35,868 bases of DNA, taken from the IMG/VR virus record IMGVR_UViG_3300021438_000002, one strand, 5' to 3'. Below, piece by piece: positions 1 to 8,978 of the stretch. This stretch comes from an uncultured virus (IMG/VR IMGVR_UViG_3300021438_000002) (taxonomy: Duplodnaviria; Heunggongvirae; Uroviricota; Caudoviricetes). The notes beneath the pieces are model-generated. The model saw only the letters and a list, made by a program, of their open reading frames with translations. It did no database searches and was not told the DNA's origin. The first letter of the stretch is position 1; every line of letters starts with the position of its first letter. A program made the position numbers and the translations under genes.

Positions 1-867
1 ATGCCAGCACCGAAGACCGACCTAAAGAAGTTTCTAGACGCCAAAGCAAAGCCGTCACGTTTGATTGGTGACATTGAACGTCACCTACAAAAGCGTCCAG
101 TAGGAGACCGTAGCACCACTGTGCTACACCCATCAGAAATTATCAAGAAGGATTGGTGCAAGCGTGCATCCTACTTCCTATTGAATGGGCACACCAAGAT
201 TGCTGAAAAGCCCAACCTACGCCTGCAGTCTATCTTTGATGAGGGTCACGCTATCCACCACAAGTGGCAGACATGGTTCCAAGAGATGGGTGTGCTGTAT
301 GGTCGTTTTACTTGTACTTCATGTGACTTCAGCATCTTTGACCTAGGTGTTATGGACTGCCCACAGTGCGGAAAAAACACCTTTGAATACCGTGAGGTTA
401 CCCTTAAGGATGACGAACTCCGTATTGCTGGGCATACAGATGGTTGGGTTAAGGATGACCGTGGAGACACGCTTATTGAAATCAAATCAATCGGTCCAGG
501 AACTATCCGTAACGAACAGCCAGGGTTGTTTATGGATGCTGGTGGAGACTTCATGAAAGCATGGAAGAATGTTCGTCGTCCATTTGCCAGCCACATCCTG
601 CAGGGTCAGGTATACCTAGAACTCATGAACCGCATGGGTTATGTGGGGGCTAATGGAGAGCCAATCAACGAGATTGTTTTCCTCTACGAACTTAAGGCTG
701 ACCAAGACTATAAAGAGTTCACAGTAAAGCGTGACTACGAGTTGGTACAGCACGTCTTTGATGGAGCCGCAATGGTTGTGGAGGCTGTCAATAACAAGAA
801 GGCTCCAGTATGTTCAAACAACTGGGCTGGTACTTGTAAGCAATGTGACCCATACATGGAGGACTAA
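1..867 (+). CDS. Cas4-like PD-(D/E)XK exonuclease
   Basis: HPSE..C..CKR N-terminus, GH-x-DG...LIEIKS nuclease motif, Q-x-x-x-Y motif (QGQVY), C-terminal C-x6-C-x2-C; inserted CxxC...CxxC zinc ribbon. Confidence 0.8.
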   Translation: MPAPKTDLKKFLDAKAKPSRLIGDIERHLQKRPVGDRSTTVLHPSEIIKKDWCKRASYFLLNGHTKIAEKPNLRLQSIFDEGHAIHHKWQTWFQEMGVLYGRFTCTSCDFSIFDLGVMDCPQCGKNTFEYREVTLKDDELRIAGHTDGWVKDDRGDTLIEIKSIGPGTIRNEQPGLFMDAGGDFMKAWKNVRRPFASHILQGQVYLELMNRMGYVGANGEPINEIVFLYELKADQDYKEFTVKRDYELVQHVFDGAAMVVEAVNNKKAPVCSNNWAGTCKQCDPYMED

Positions 868-1313
868 TGTCTGCGTTAGAACGATTTGGTGAGTGGAATC
901 TACACTTTAATAAACCAGATACCGAGCAAGTAACCTTACCTTCAGACATCACAGATGTCAGTTCTGAAGAACTGGGTAATCTTTTTACTAGACTCACTGC
1001 TTGGACTGATTACATTGCCTCACAACTGGCTGTCGCACAGTTGGAAGAGCGTGGAGCCCAAAAGAAACTAGAGTTCCTAGAGAACACCCTGTTGGTTAAA
1101 CGAATGGGAGCCCATGTAAAGGGCGAACGAGTAACCACAGTTAAAGCAGAGATTGCTGTCCATCAAGATGTAGTGGACTTGTCTAACGAGTACGAAGAGA
1201 AGTATGCTTATCGTAAGTTAGTAGAAATGCTACTGAATAACCACGAGCGTGACCTATCCTTGGTCAGCCGTGAAATAACTAGACGCTCAAACGATTTTAG
1301 GAGAAACATCTAA
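867..1313 (+). CDS. Helical protein, possibly a UvsY-like recombination mediator
   Basis: 148 aa, all-helical/coiled-coil pattern, TAATG-coupled to the nuclease; family call is weak. Confidence 0.35.
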   Translation: MSALERFGEWNLHFNKPDTEQVTLPSDITDVSSEELGNLFTRLTAWTDYIASQLAVAQLEERGAQKKLEFLENTLLVKRMGAHVKGERVTTVKAEIAVHQDVVDLSNEYEEKYAYRKLVEMLLNNHERDLSLVSREITRRSNDFRRNI

Positions 1314-1711
1314 TGGGAAGAATGAAAGACCTTTACACACTTCAGCAAGACGAGGCAGACCTACAGGAACTTGGAGAGGTTCAAGACCTTCCACAAGCCA
1401 TCAAAGACATCATCCGCAAAAGCAGCCCAAACGCAGAGTTTGAAGAGGCTGTTCAGCAGAAGTTCCAACACGCAAAACACGTGCTACTTAGTAAGCACAA
1501 AGATTACGGACCAACCAACATCAGCCTAAGCCCAGGCGGACCACTCAATGGTCTGCGTGTACGCATGTGGGATAAGTTTGCCCGTATTAATCATCTGATT
1601 GACACTGGTGCAACACCAGAACACGAGAGCCTAAGAGACTCATTCCTAGACATGGCTAACTATGCAATCATTGCCATGTTGGTATTGGATGACGAGTGGG
1701 ACCGTGGCTAG
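1313..1711 (+). CDS. DUF1599 / nucleotide-modification-associated domain 1 (MazG-like helical) protein
   Basis: K-H-K-D-Y-G...RMWDKFARI...ESLRDSFLDMANYAII signature. Confidence 0.8.
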   Translation: MGRMKDLYTLQQDEADLQELGEVQDLPQAIKDIIRKSSPNAEFEEAVQQKFQHAKHVLLSKHKDYGPTNISLSPGGPLNGLRVRMWDKFARINHLIDTGATPEHESLRDSFLDMANYAIIAMLVLDDEWDRG

Positions 1712-1943
1712 ATGGAAAGCCCTGTACTTTAAGTACAACCCCATGAACGCTAACAAACCCGCATCGATTGCTGACATTGCTTTTGACACAGGCGTTATTG
1801 CAGAGCGTGAACGCATCATCAAACTGCTAGAAGAAGCAAGAGATAAATGTGCTTGCTATCGTGAAGTCGGTATGCCTGTCTGTCGCCACCAGTTGAGCGT
1901 TGATGAGCAAATCGCTCTTATCAAAGGAGAAATCAATGGCTGA
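1704..1943 (+). CDS. Hypothetical protein (probable GTG start at 1704)
   Basis: ORF overlaps the upstream stop; AERERIIKLL motif; RBS for the next gene at its end. Confidence 0.55.
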   Translation: MARWKALYFKYNPMNANKPASIADIAFDTGVIAERERIIKLLEEARDKCACYREVGMPVCRHQLSVDEQIALIKGEING

Positions 1944-2055
1944 AAAGTTTATTTGTACAGGTTGCGGTAGAGACGCAATCCAAGATGACTACAACTACTG
2001 TAATACTTGTGAGTCCTACAAGTATTTTGCATGGGTAGAGGATGAAGATGAGTAA
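1936..2055 (+). CDS. 39-aa zinc-ribbon microprotein (MAEKFICTGCGR...YCNTCE...), absent from ORF track
   Basis: AAGGAG RBS, ATG at 1936, two CxxC, TAA at 2053-2055. Confidence 0.65.
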   Translation: MAEKFICTGCGRDAIQDDYNYCNTCESYKYFAWVEDEDE

Positions 2056-2266
2056 AGATGCCAAAATGCTATTTATTTCATTAGCATTGTTCTTTATAGC
2101 CTGTGTAATCATAATTTTTAATTCGCAACACGACTGCGGAACTATTGAATACCAAGACTTAAGTGGCACACATTCTCAATACGAGTGCCACGATAAAAAG
2201 CCAGCAACCTGCTGGGACAAGTACGCCACAGAAGCGTTGGCAATACAAATGTGTGAAGGAAAATAA
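2048..2266 (+). CDS. Small membrane-anchored protein
   Basis: Hydrophobic N-terminal helix (MLFISLALFFIACVIIIF), Cys-rich C-terminus. Confidence 0.55.
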   Translation: MSKDAKMLFISLALFFIACVIIIFNSQHDCGTIEYQDLSGTHSQYECHDKKPATCWDKYATEALAIQMCEGK

Positions 2267-2268
2267 CT

Positions 2269-2373
2269 ATGGAGCAAGTACTCTGGATACTAGGTGGGTT
2301 TACCATTGGTTACGTTGTTGTTAAGGCTGCAATAGCCCTAATTACTTGGGCTGAAAAACAAGAAAAGAAATGA
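2269..2373 (+). CDS. 34-aa single-TM microprotein (MEQVLWILGGFTIGYVVVKAAIALITWAEKQEKK), absent from ORF track
   Basis: AAGGA RBS, ATGA overlap with the next gene. Confidence 0.55.
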   Translation: MEQVLWILGGFTIGYVVVKAAIALITWAEKQEKK

Positions 2374-2957
2374 CCGAGAAACGGTTTGGGTCAGGTATTG
2401 GTAACCCAACCTCAATCTCCATAGGCATTGACCAATCCCTAACAGGGTTCGCAGTCACCTTTCTTGATACAGACGCCCCAGACCAGTTTGTTACCTATGT
2501 CTACAAGTCTCCGTACAACGGAGTTCAAAGATTGAAGGACATTTCTCGTTGGCTTATGGAGAAGATAGAGTCTTTTAGGGACTACTACATTCTGGACGTG
2601 GCTATGGAGGGAACAGTCCTAGCCAGCCAATCTGCCCTAGTCTTGGGGGAACTATCTGCCACAGTAAAACTCACTCTTTGGGACTACTTTGACGAGTACA
2701 CCAAGCAACCCCACCTCCAAACACCCCTACAAATACCCCCAATGACCCTCAAAAAGTATGCTGCTGGCAAGGGAAACGCCAAAAAGCAGGAGATGCTGCT
2801 CCAAATCTACAAGCGATGGGGTGTCGAGTTCAACGATGATAACGCCGCAGATTCCTACGCTCTGGCAAGGCTTGCTGGAAAAATTTCTGAAGGGGTCATC
2901 GAAAACGCAGTAGCCGAACAAATAAAAGACCCTAAGTATAGGGACCAAATCAACTAG
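2370..2957 (+). CDS. ruvC: RuvC-like Holliday junction resolvase
   Basis: IGIDQSLTGFA, VAMEG, LKKYAAGKGNAKKQEM, DNAADSYALA catalytic motifs. Confidence 0.85.
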   Translation: MTEKRFGSGIGNPTSISIGIDQSLTGFAVTFLDTDAPDQFVTYVYKSPYNGVQRLKDISRWLMEKIESFRDYYILDVAMEGTVLASQSALVLGELSATVKLTLWDYFDEYTKQPHLQTPLQIPPMTLKKYAAGKGNAKKQEMLLQIYKRWGVEFNDDNAADSYALARLAGKISEGVIENAVAEQIKDPKYRDQIN

Positions 2958-3013
2958 ATTTCCTTTATCCTTAGATGGAGGTAGGCGTATAACCCGTATT
3001 CTAAGGACCACAA

Positions 3014-3316
3014 ATGAGCGAAGAACTCACCCCTGAAACCCTACCCTCAACGGTAGAAGATTACCTCCGTGTAAGCAATAGTTCAAATCCACAATCCGTA
3101 GCCTCGGCAATAGCACACGCTATTTATGAAAGCCGTCAAGTAAAACTCCGTGCAGTTGGTGCTGGAGCAGTTAACCAAGCAGTAAAGGCTATTGCCATTG
3201 CTCGTGGTTATGTTGCCCCAAGAGGTTTAGACCTTACATGCAAACCAGGTTTCACTACTATCGATAGCCGTGATGGCGAGATAAGTGCAATCGTGTTTGC
3301 CATTTCAGCAAGTTAA
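3014..3316 (+). CDS. spoVS: SpoVS-family (stage V sporulation S, Alba-like fold) protein
   Basis: LRVS..SNP.SVA.AIA...AVGAGAVNQAVKAIAIARGYVAPRGLDL.C.PGF...EISAI. Confidence 0.9.
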   Translation: MSEELTPETLPSTVEDYLRVSNSSNPQSVASAIAHAIYESRQVKLRAVGAGAVNQAVKAIAIARGYVAPRGLDLTCKPGFTTIDSRDGEISAIVFAISAS

Positions 3317-3353
3317 AAAAGCCTTACTCTAGTAGTAAGCGAAGGAGTTATCC

Positions 3354-3800
3354 ATGGCTAAATGGACATCAATGGGGCATGGCATGCGTAAACGTGCAGG
3401 TCTGCCTTCAAATCACCACGAATCGGCAGGAGCCAACATGCGTGAACGCAATCACCCAACCCATCACGAAGCCTATGCAGCGGCACAGGAAGTCGGTTCA
3501 AGCCGTATTCCAGTAGGCGATGCAATCTATCAGGCTACCCCAGCCCCAGCACTTCAAGGAGCCCTAATTCCTAAGAAGAACCTACAGGCTGGAGACCCAA
3601 CTGGTATGGGAACCAAGCAGAACAAGCAGAACGTACCTTACGACGAGCGTCACGGTGCTCAGTACCGTATTACTGTTCCGTTTACCCCAACAATTGACCC
3701 TGCTGCTGGTCCAACCATGCAGAGTGCCAAGATTGTTCCATCTGTTCCAGGTCGCCAGAACCCAAACTTCCAGTCTGGTATGGAATACGCAAACCAGTAA
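3354..3800 (+). CDS. Hypothetical protein (Gly/Pro/Gln-rich)
   Basis: GAAGGAG RBS, phage-like codon usage. Confidence 0.7.
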   Translation: MAKWTSMGHGMRKRAGLPSNHHESAGANMRERNHPTHHEAYAAAQEVGSSRIPVGDAIYQATPAPALQGALIPKKNLQAGDPTGMGTKQNKQNVPYDERHGAQYRITVPFTPTIDPAAGPTMQSAKIVPSVPGRQNPNFQSGMEYANQ

Positions 3801-3810
3801 GGATTAATTG

Positions 3811-4044
3811 ATGTCCGCATCAATTTTGCAGAGTCAGCAAGCATTTAGCCTTCCATCGGACCCAGGTGTCCATTGGAACGCTAATGCCGCTTCCTCTACC
3901 CCTGGAGCCAATGCAAACTCCGTAGGATTAAAGTCGCATGCTCGGGGGGTTATTGAGCGTGGTCCTAATACTCCACCACGTTCGTATGACGCCGCTACTG
4001 GAGGCAGAAGCGACGTAGACTACGGAGCAGTTTATGGCACTTAG
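3811..4044 (+). CDS. Hypothetical small protein
   Basis: AAGGA RBS after the upstream stop; ORF in operon. Confidence 0.55.
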   Translation: MSASILQSQQAFSLPSDPGVHWNANAASSTPGANANSVGLKSHARGVIERGPNTPPRSYDAATGGRSDVDYGAVYGT

Positions 4045-4315
4045 TCCACGTGCTCAAGGAGTGCTACAAAAGCACCGAGTAATGTCCCAACCTCAGTTTA
4101 AAACTGCAGGCATTGAGTCCCCCGTAGAATCAGGACCAGTTCAGTCAAAAGGTAAAGTGAACCAGAAATCTGGTGCGTTTAACATTGCCGTGAGTGATTT
4201 TAACAAGCAGACCCACAGCGACGAACACCCAGGTGTTTTGTCTTACCAGACTGCAACTAGCGGTACTTTCTTGAGTCAAAATGAAGAACCTGTAAAGCAA
4301 GAAGGCGGTTACTAA
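4034..4315 (+). CDS. Hypothetical protein
   Basis: GGAG RBS; overlaps neighbours. Confidence 0.6.
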   Translation: MALSPRAQGVLQKHRVMSQPQFKTAGIESPVESGPVQSKGKVNQKSGAFNIAVSDFNKQTHSDEHPGVLSYQTATSGTFLSQNEEPVKQEGGY

Positions 4316-5127
4316 TGCCTAGAGGTGCTGCAGAGTTTAACGTAGGTATCCAAGCGGCTGTTCCAGCAATAGCCAGAGGAGCCGCTGACTACACTCGACA
4401 AATGGGTCTTGCTCCACGCCCAGCGTCTTTCAATAACATAGCAGTGGATTTGCCACAAGCACAGGGTATCGCTAGAGACTATCTAGCAGCACCTGACTTT
4501 GACCCAGCGGCACTGCCACATTACAGAGCCATGCGTGACGAAATTGGTCGTCAATACGACTTTATGACTAAACCAGTTGCTAAAGGTGGATTAGGTCTAT
4601 CTCATACTATTACCGCAGAAGACCCATACCCATCTGCTCGTGCCATGTTTAACGATGTTTCCGAAGGCAGAATCAAGAGCCTTGCCACTAAAAGCACTGG
4701 CTCACATCCATTTTTTACTGATGATGAGAACGACATGTTCCGTGCCGTTCATGACGTATTTGGTCACGCTGGTTCTGGTCGTAATTTTAATCCTGCTGGA
4801 GAAGAGGCTGCTTTCCGTAGTCACTTTGGCATGTTTACCCCTTTGGCTCGTGGAGCCATGGCTGCAGGTACTCGTGGACAGAACAGCACTAATAACTTTG
4901 GTGGACAGCCACCAGGTTCTTATGTAAAGGGCAAGACTATTGTTTTGCCGTCTACTCTAAAGTTTTTGCCTACTCCAAACCAGTTAATTTTGCCAACAAA
5001 ACTTACAGCACAATCGTCCCTAGAAATGCCTGCTAACGTAGGTCAGCAATTCCTAGCCACTATGGAGCACGCTAGGTCGTTTGGTCTTCCAGGGGCTCCA
5101 CATCCAGAAGCGAAATGGTTGAACTAG
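4315..5127 (+). CDS. Phage protein with NDxFRAVHDxFGH...GEE...TRGQNS motif (metallopeptidase-like domain recalled from large phage polyvalent/ejection proteins)
   Basis: ENDMFRAVHDVFGH, AGEEAAFRSH, TRGQNS. Confidence 0.55.
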   Translation: MPRGAAEFNVGIQAAVPAIARGAADYTRQMGLAPRPASFNNIAVDLPQAQGIARDYLAAPDFDPAALPHYRAMRDEIGRQYDFMTKPVAKGGLGLSHTITAEDPYPSARAMFNDVSEGRIKSLATKSTGSHPFFTDDENDMFRAVHDVFGHAGSGRNFNPAGEEAAFRSHFGMFTPLARGAMAAGTRGQNSTNNFGGQPPGSYVKGKTIVLPSTLKFLPTPNQLILPTKLTAQSSLEMPANVGQQFLATMEHARSFGLPGAPHPEAKWLN

Positions 5128-5128
5128 C

Positions 5129-5662
5129 ATGGCAGGTGGAGTAAATAACTATAGTGCCCAGCAAAACTGGCAATCTCTTGGCGGTAACGGCTTCAGTGGT
5201 TACAACAACCAAGGTGGTTTTGGTGGTCCTGTTGCACGTGGTGAACTGGACGCTATGCGTATCGGTACTGGACGTGTTCCACAAGCAGAATACCCTGATG
5301 GCTACTTAGGTACCATCCGCAGCCGTCGTGATGACCGCTTACTTGACTCCATTAAGAGTCGCCTAGGGCAAAAGTCTTACCAGCGTGGTGTCCATAAGGG
5401 TGAGCGTATTGAGCCATCTATGTACTACTGGTCACCAAGTTTCAACGCAGACATGGGCATCAAGCGTCAGATGAAGGCAAAGCAAGTACTGGATAACGGA
5501 GTTGTAGTCTGGAAAACCCCGAGAATGGGTCAAGACCTAAACCTCGTACCTGCTCCACACCTAGTAAATGACGGTAAAGCCAACACTGTGGCTAACGGTC
5601 CAACTGTTATTAACGCCCAACGTGCCAACGCCTTGAATTACTTGAAGCCAGTGTGGAGATAA
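5129..5662 (+). CDS. Conserved-looking hypothetical phage protein
   Basis: 177-aa ORF, Gly/Asn-rich N-terminus, globular-looking core (YPDGYLGTI...YQRGVHKGERI). Confidence 0.7.
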   Translation: MAGGVNNYSAQQNWQSLGGNGFSGYNNQGGFGGPVARGELDAMRIGTGRVPQAEYPDGYLGTIRSRRDDRLLDSIKSRLGQKSYQRGVHKGERIEPSMYYWSPSFNADMGIKRQMKAKQVLDNGVVVWKTPRMGQDLNLVPAPHLVNDGKANTVANGPTVINAQRANALNYLKPVWR

Positions 5663-5663
5663 G

Positions 5664-6047
5664 ATGCCAGCAAATCTCGCTACCTCGGGCTTCGGTTATG
5701 GAAGCAATGAAACTGATGGTCGTTACGACCACACTAAGCCATGGTCTGGTCCTGGGCAATCAGGTAACTGGTCATACCGTGGTCCATGGTCAAGCAACGA
5801 AGAGAAGTTGATTCAACAGGCTCTAGTTGTAAACAGCATGAAGCGTCAACTTATCCAAGAGATGGTGCGACCTCCATTACCTCAGATTCAATTGTTTCCA
5901 CAAAAAACTGGGTACATTATGGAGCAGCCAGGAATTGATGATGTCGTCAGTGCTGACAGAGTTTACATGGAGCCACGAGTTCAGTGGTTCTCTGGAGGTA
6001 TTGGCAGTTACTCAGGTAGCACACGTAATGGATTGGAAGGTGTCTAA
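5664..6047 (+). CDS. Hypothetical protein
   Basis: GGAG RBS, coupled ORF. Confidence 0.65.
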   Translation: MPANLATSGFGYGSNETDGRYDHTKPWSGPGQSGNWSYRGPWSSNEEKLIQQALVVNSMKRQLIQEMVRPPLPQIQLFPQKTGYIMEQPGIDDVVSADRVYMEPRVQWFSGGIGSYSGSTRNGLEGV

Positions 6048-6682
6048 TGGAGCAAGTTGATACTTTTCCTCATTTTGAAGAAGTTGCACCAGCAGAAGCC
6101 TCGTTATTTCTAAACAAGATACGTACTGCTAAAAAGTCACAGCCTCAAGGTGCTGCCGTAGATGTCCAGTCTTTAAACACCTATAAAACGCACAAGATGT
6201 TCATGACCAGAGATGGTTTAGCAGGCTATTCGGTTTCTCCTAGTGGAGAACTTACTTCGGTATTTAAGCATAAAAACGCTCCATACAAAGATGTTGCTCG
6301 TCACGCAGCCGAACACGCAGTTTTAATGGCAGGTGCTACCCATGCATCAGCGTTTGATGGCTACTTAACAGAAGCCTATGCTCGTGGAGGTATGAAGTCT
6401 GTGGCATACCAGCCGTTTGCTGACGAATACAAGCCAACTGGATGGAAGTTCGAGACTCACGGCAGACCTGATGTAGCGTTTGTCGCCGCAGACCGCTCCG
6501 TAGCACACGCAGCCATTTCGGCTCAACAAACTACCCAAAAGTTTTATGGACACCATTTCCAAGGCGGATTGCGAGCCCCGACAATCGATGACAATGATTT
6601 GGGGTACCAAAAAGCAAAAGAGGCTGGCGAAGCAAACACTGCCGAACAAATACCGAGTGCGAGACGTAATGCCAGCAAATAG
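6047..6682 (+). CDS. Divergent GNAT-fold-like protein
   Basis: AGYSVSPSGELTSVF...AFDGYLTEAY...GW....G.PDVAFV pattern resembles GNAT-like domains of phage polyvalent proteins. Confidence 0.45.
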   Translation: MEQVDTFPHFEEVAPAEASLFLNKIRTAKKSQPQGAAVDVQSLNTYKTHKMFMTRDGLAGYSVSPSGELTSVFKHKNAPYKDVARHAAEHAVLMAGATHASAFDGYLTEAYARGGMKSVAYQPFADEYKPTGWKFETHGRPDVAFVAADRSVAHAAISAQQTTQKFYGHHFQGGLRAPTIDDNDLGYQKAKEAGEANTAEQIPSARRNASK

Positions 6683-6851
6683 ACCACCAAACAGAGCCAG
6701 CATTCATTGGGCTAACCCAGCCTTAGCCGAAGGCATGCGTCAAATCCGCAGAAGCAACGCCGCTGGTGTTCACGAGGATAAGCGTACTCGTAGAGTAAGA
6801 ACCAAAAAAGCCGCAGATACCAAAGCAATCAACGAAAGTAAAGAACAGTAA
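6669..6851 (+). CDS. Small basic protein starting MPANRPPNRA
   Basis: ATG at 6669 is near-identical in DNA and protein to the start of the gene at 8338. Confidence 0.6.
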   Translation: MPANRPPNRASIHWANPALAEGMRQIRRSNAAGVHEDKRTRRVRTKKAADTKAINESKEQ

Positions 6852-7237
6852 TGGCAACAAATCTTGTTTTTAAACCTTTTAGAGGTGGAGTAAACACAGC
6901 CCAAAAGCACATCAACAACATAGCGGCTAACCTCCATACGATAAGAAATCACGGGTACAGACTTGCAGATAAGTCCTACCGAATTACTAGCCAGTTCGAT
7001 GAGCACATGGCAAACGCTTATTCTGCTCTAAACACCTCGTTAAAAGAGGCTCGTGGTGGCTCTAGTCGTCAGACTGCGGCAACAGCAATTCAGCACTTAT
7101 CTAGTGCGGTAAACCTAATTGGTGTACACCTACCAAACAGTCTTGCCCATACAGAAGCCTCTGCAGCCCTAAACTCGGCAATTCAATCCCACGCAGCCCT
7201 AACCAAGCACGAAGCGGAAACGAGTAGCAATGTTTGA
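6851..7237 (+). CDS. Hypothetical Ala/His-rich helical protein
   Basis: TAATG-coupled ORF. Confidence 0.6.
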   Translation: MATNLVFKPFRGGVNTAQKHINNIAANLHTIRNHGYRLADKSYRITSQFDEHMANAYSALNTSLKEARGGSSRQTAATAIQHLSSAVNLIGVHLPNSLAHTEASAALNSAIQSHAALTKHEAETSSNV

Positions 7238-7430
7238 TGAAGGTGGCGGAGAAACGATGGCACTTCAGGCTTACACAATCCAGAAAAATGCTAACCTTAA
7301 TAAGAGGAACATGCTTTGCCCTACCTGCGGCATCATCATGAACCCTGTGGAGTTTATGTACAGCAAAGGTATGTGCCCTCCATGCTATGAAGACAGAATG
7401 GCTAGACGAGTGAAAGGAAAACTTGCCTAA
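7230..7430 (+). CDS. Zinc-ribbon protein
   Basis: CPTC...CPPC. Confidence 0.6.
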   Translation: MFDEGGGETMALQAYTIQKNANLNKRNMLCPTCGIIMNPVEFMYSKGMCPPCYEDRMARRVKGKLA

Positions 7431-7732
7431 TGCTTGTAAACTCCAACCGTCGTGGTGCCAAGGACGTTAACCCTAAAAAGGCTATGCAAATACAGGTTGC
7501 CTTGGACTATCTAAAGGCTCTAGACGAACACGGCAGAGCGGTGGGTCAATCAACCGACTTCAGAAGACTTGATGCCGCACAGGCTAACCTTCAAACGGCT
7601 AAACAAAGCCTTCTCCATTATCATGACGGAGACGAATCTGCTGCTTCACAAACAGTGAACGAAGCAGACCAATTAAGAATTCAGGGCAAAAGAGACGCAA
7701 TTAAAAACGGTCAAGACCCTACAAGTATCTAA
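7430..7732 (+). CDS. Hypothetical protein
   Basis: TAATG-coupled ORF with AAAGGA RBS. Confidence 0.6.
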   Translation: MLVNSNRRGAKDVNPKKAMQIQVALDYLKALDEHGRAVGQSTDFRRLDAAQANLQTAKQSLLHYHDGDESAASQTVNEADQLRIQGKRDAIKNGQDPTSI

Positions 7733-7753
7733 ATCCAATAGAAAGAAGCAATC

Positions 7754-7960
7754 ATGGCAGTGAACACATCCCGTTCAATGAACGAAAGCCTAGGCGAAGG
7801 TGCTACCGATGGTAAGTACCGCAAGATTCGTCCTAACACCCAAGTACTAGACCTACAAGGTAATGAGCAAGTTCTGGACAACCGCCAGAGCCTACACCCA
7901 TTCTATGGGTATGGTTTTGCTACTACCGAGTACCAAGAGAAGCAGAATCCAGGTAAGTAA
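7754..7960 (+). CDS. Hypothetical small protein
   Basis: AGAAAGAAG RBS-like site; ORF in operon. Confidence 0.65.
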   Translation: MAVNTSRSMNESLGEGATDGKYRKIRPNTQVLDLQGNEQVLDNRQSLHPFYGYGFATTEYQEKQNPGK

Positions 7961-8335
7961 ATGCCACTATTTAGAAGACGCCCTAAAGCAGGTTCTGGCA
8001 TGGGTCCAGTAACCGAAATGAACCCACATCGTGACGTTCCTCGTATTCCAGGAGTTACACCTCCACCAGGATACGTAGCATCTTCTGGAAGCAAACCTGT
8101 AGGTGCACCACCGAGCGGTAGCACTTCAGCAATGAAACCTGCAGAAAAGCCTCGTTCATACAATGACGGAAAGTCAGAAGAGCACCTAAAGGCTCGAAGC
8201 AGTGAGCACCCTGACTACACTAATCGTCAGGTTGGCGAAGCACGAGACAACGCTGTAGACAACGCTAATAGATTTGGTGGACCAGTCACAGAGGCTCACG
8301 TTAAAGATGCACTAAAGAGATTGAACGGTAGATAA
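7961..8335 (+). CDS. Pro-rich hypothetical protein
   Basis: Directly follows the upstream stop. Confidence 0.6.
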   Translation: MPLFRRRPKAGSGMGPVTEMNPHRDVPRIPGVTPPPGYVASSGSKPVGAPPSGSTSAMKPAEKPRSYNDGKSEEHLKARSSEHPDYTNRQVGEARDNAVDNANRFGGPVTEAHVKDALKRLNGR

Positions 8336-8337
8336 TC

Positions 8338-8598
8338 ATGCCAGCAAATAGACCTCCAGATAGAGCCCCTTACGGCAGTCACCTGCCTTCAGGCATTAAG
8401 AAACTGGCAAACATGGCTGCCTCAAAGCAGTTTGACAGAACCAGTTCAAAACAAAACCTAGCAAACTATGCTGACCCACACTGGAAAGGTCCAAAAGGTC
8501 CTGACGCTGGTCCAGCAGCCTCACCTGCTAAAAAGCCTAAGAAGCCTAAAGACCCAAACTTAAACCCAAACATGGCAGTGCCATTTGGTAGGAGATAA
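8338..8598 (+). CDS. Small basic Pro/Lys-rich protein starting MPANRPPDRA
   Basis: ORF in operon; N-terminus shared with the 6669 gene. Confidence 0.65.
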   Translation: MPANRPPDRAPYGSHLPSGIKKLANMAASKQFDRTSSKQNLANYADPHWKGPKGPDAGPAASPAKKPKKPKDPNLNPNMAVPFGRR

Positions 8599-8600
8599 TC

Positions 8601-8936
8601 ATGGCTAAACCAAAGAGAGTATCTAACAGAAATGGTGCTGAAGACGCAATCGTTGCTAGAGAAGCCTTTCAAGGAAGCAACTTCTCTGGAGGTCCTTCAT
8701 CAGGATTGCCGTCAAGTGGTCGTCTTAACAAGGAAAATGCAGACAAACTCTATGCAGAGAAGCCTAACTACATAGTTAAGTCTTATGGAACGCCTATTGC
8801 ATGGCATGGAGATAACGGCTGGACAGTTCCAGACCAGAAGCACAGTGTTTCAACTTCAAACCACCAAGGTATTGTTCGTCGTGCCCTAGGACTAAATGAC
8901 CACTTTAAGAGTGGGCAAGGACTAGCAAGACTCTAG
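8601..8936 (+). CDS. Hypothetical phage protein (Y.V.SY.TPIAW...S.STS.HQ family)
   Basis: AGGAG RBS; motif YIVKSYGTPIAW...HSVSTSNHQ. Confidence 0.65.
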   Translation: MAKPKRVSNRNGAEDAIVAREAFQGSNFSGGPSSGLPSSGRLNKENADKLYAEKPNYIVKSYGTPIAWHGDNGWTVPDQKHSVSTSNHQGIVRRALGLNDHFKSGQGLARL

Positions 8937-8978
8937 TATCACCACTAAACTTATTCCGTAACTAACAAGGAGCATTAC

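Noticed and set aside
1..867. Cas4-like nuclease as evidence of a CRISPR system
   Set aside because: No repeat-spacer array or other cas genes are present, and solo Cas4-like nucleases are common in phage recombination modules.
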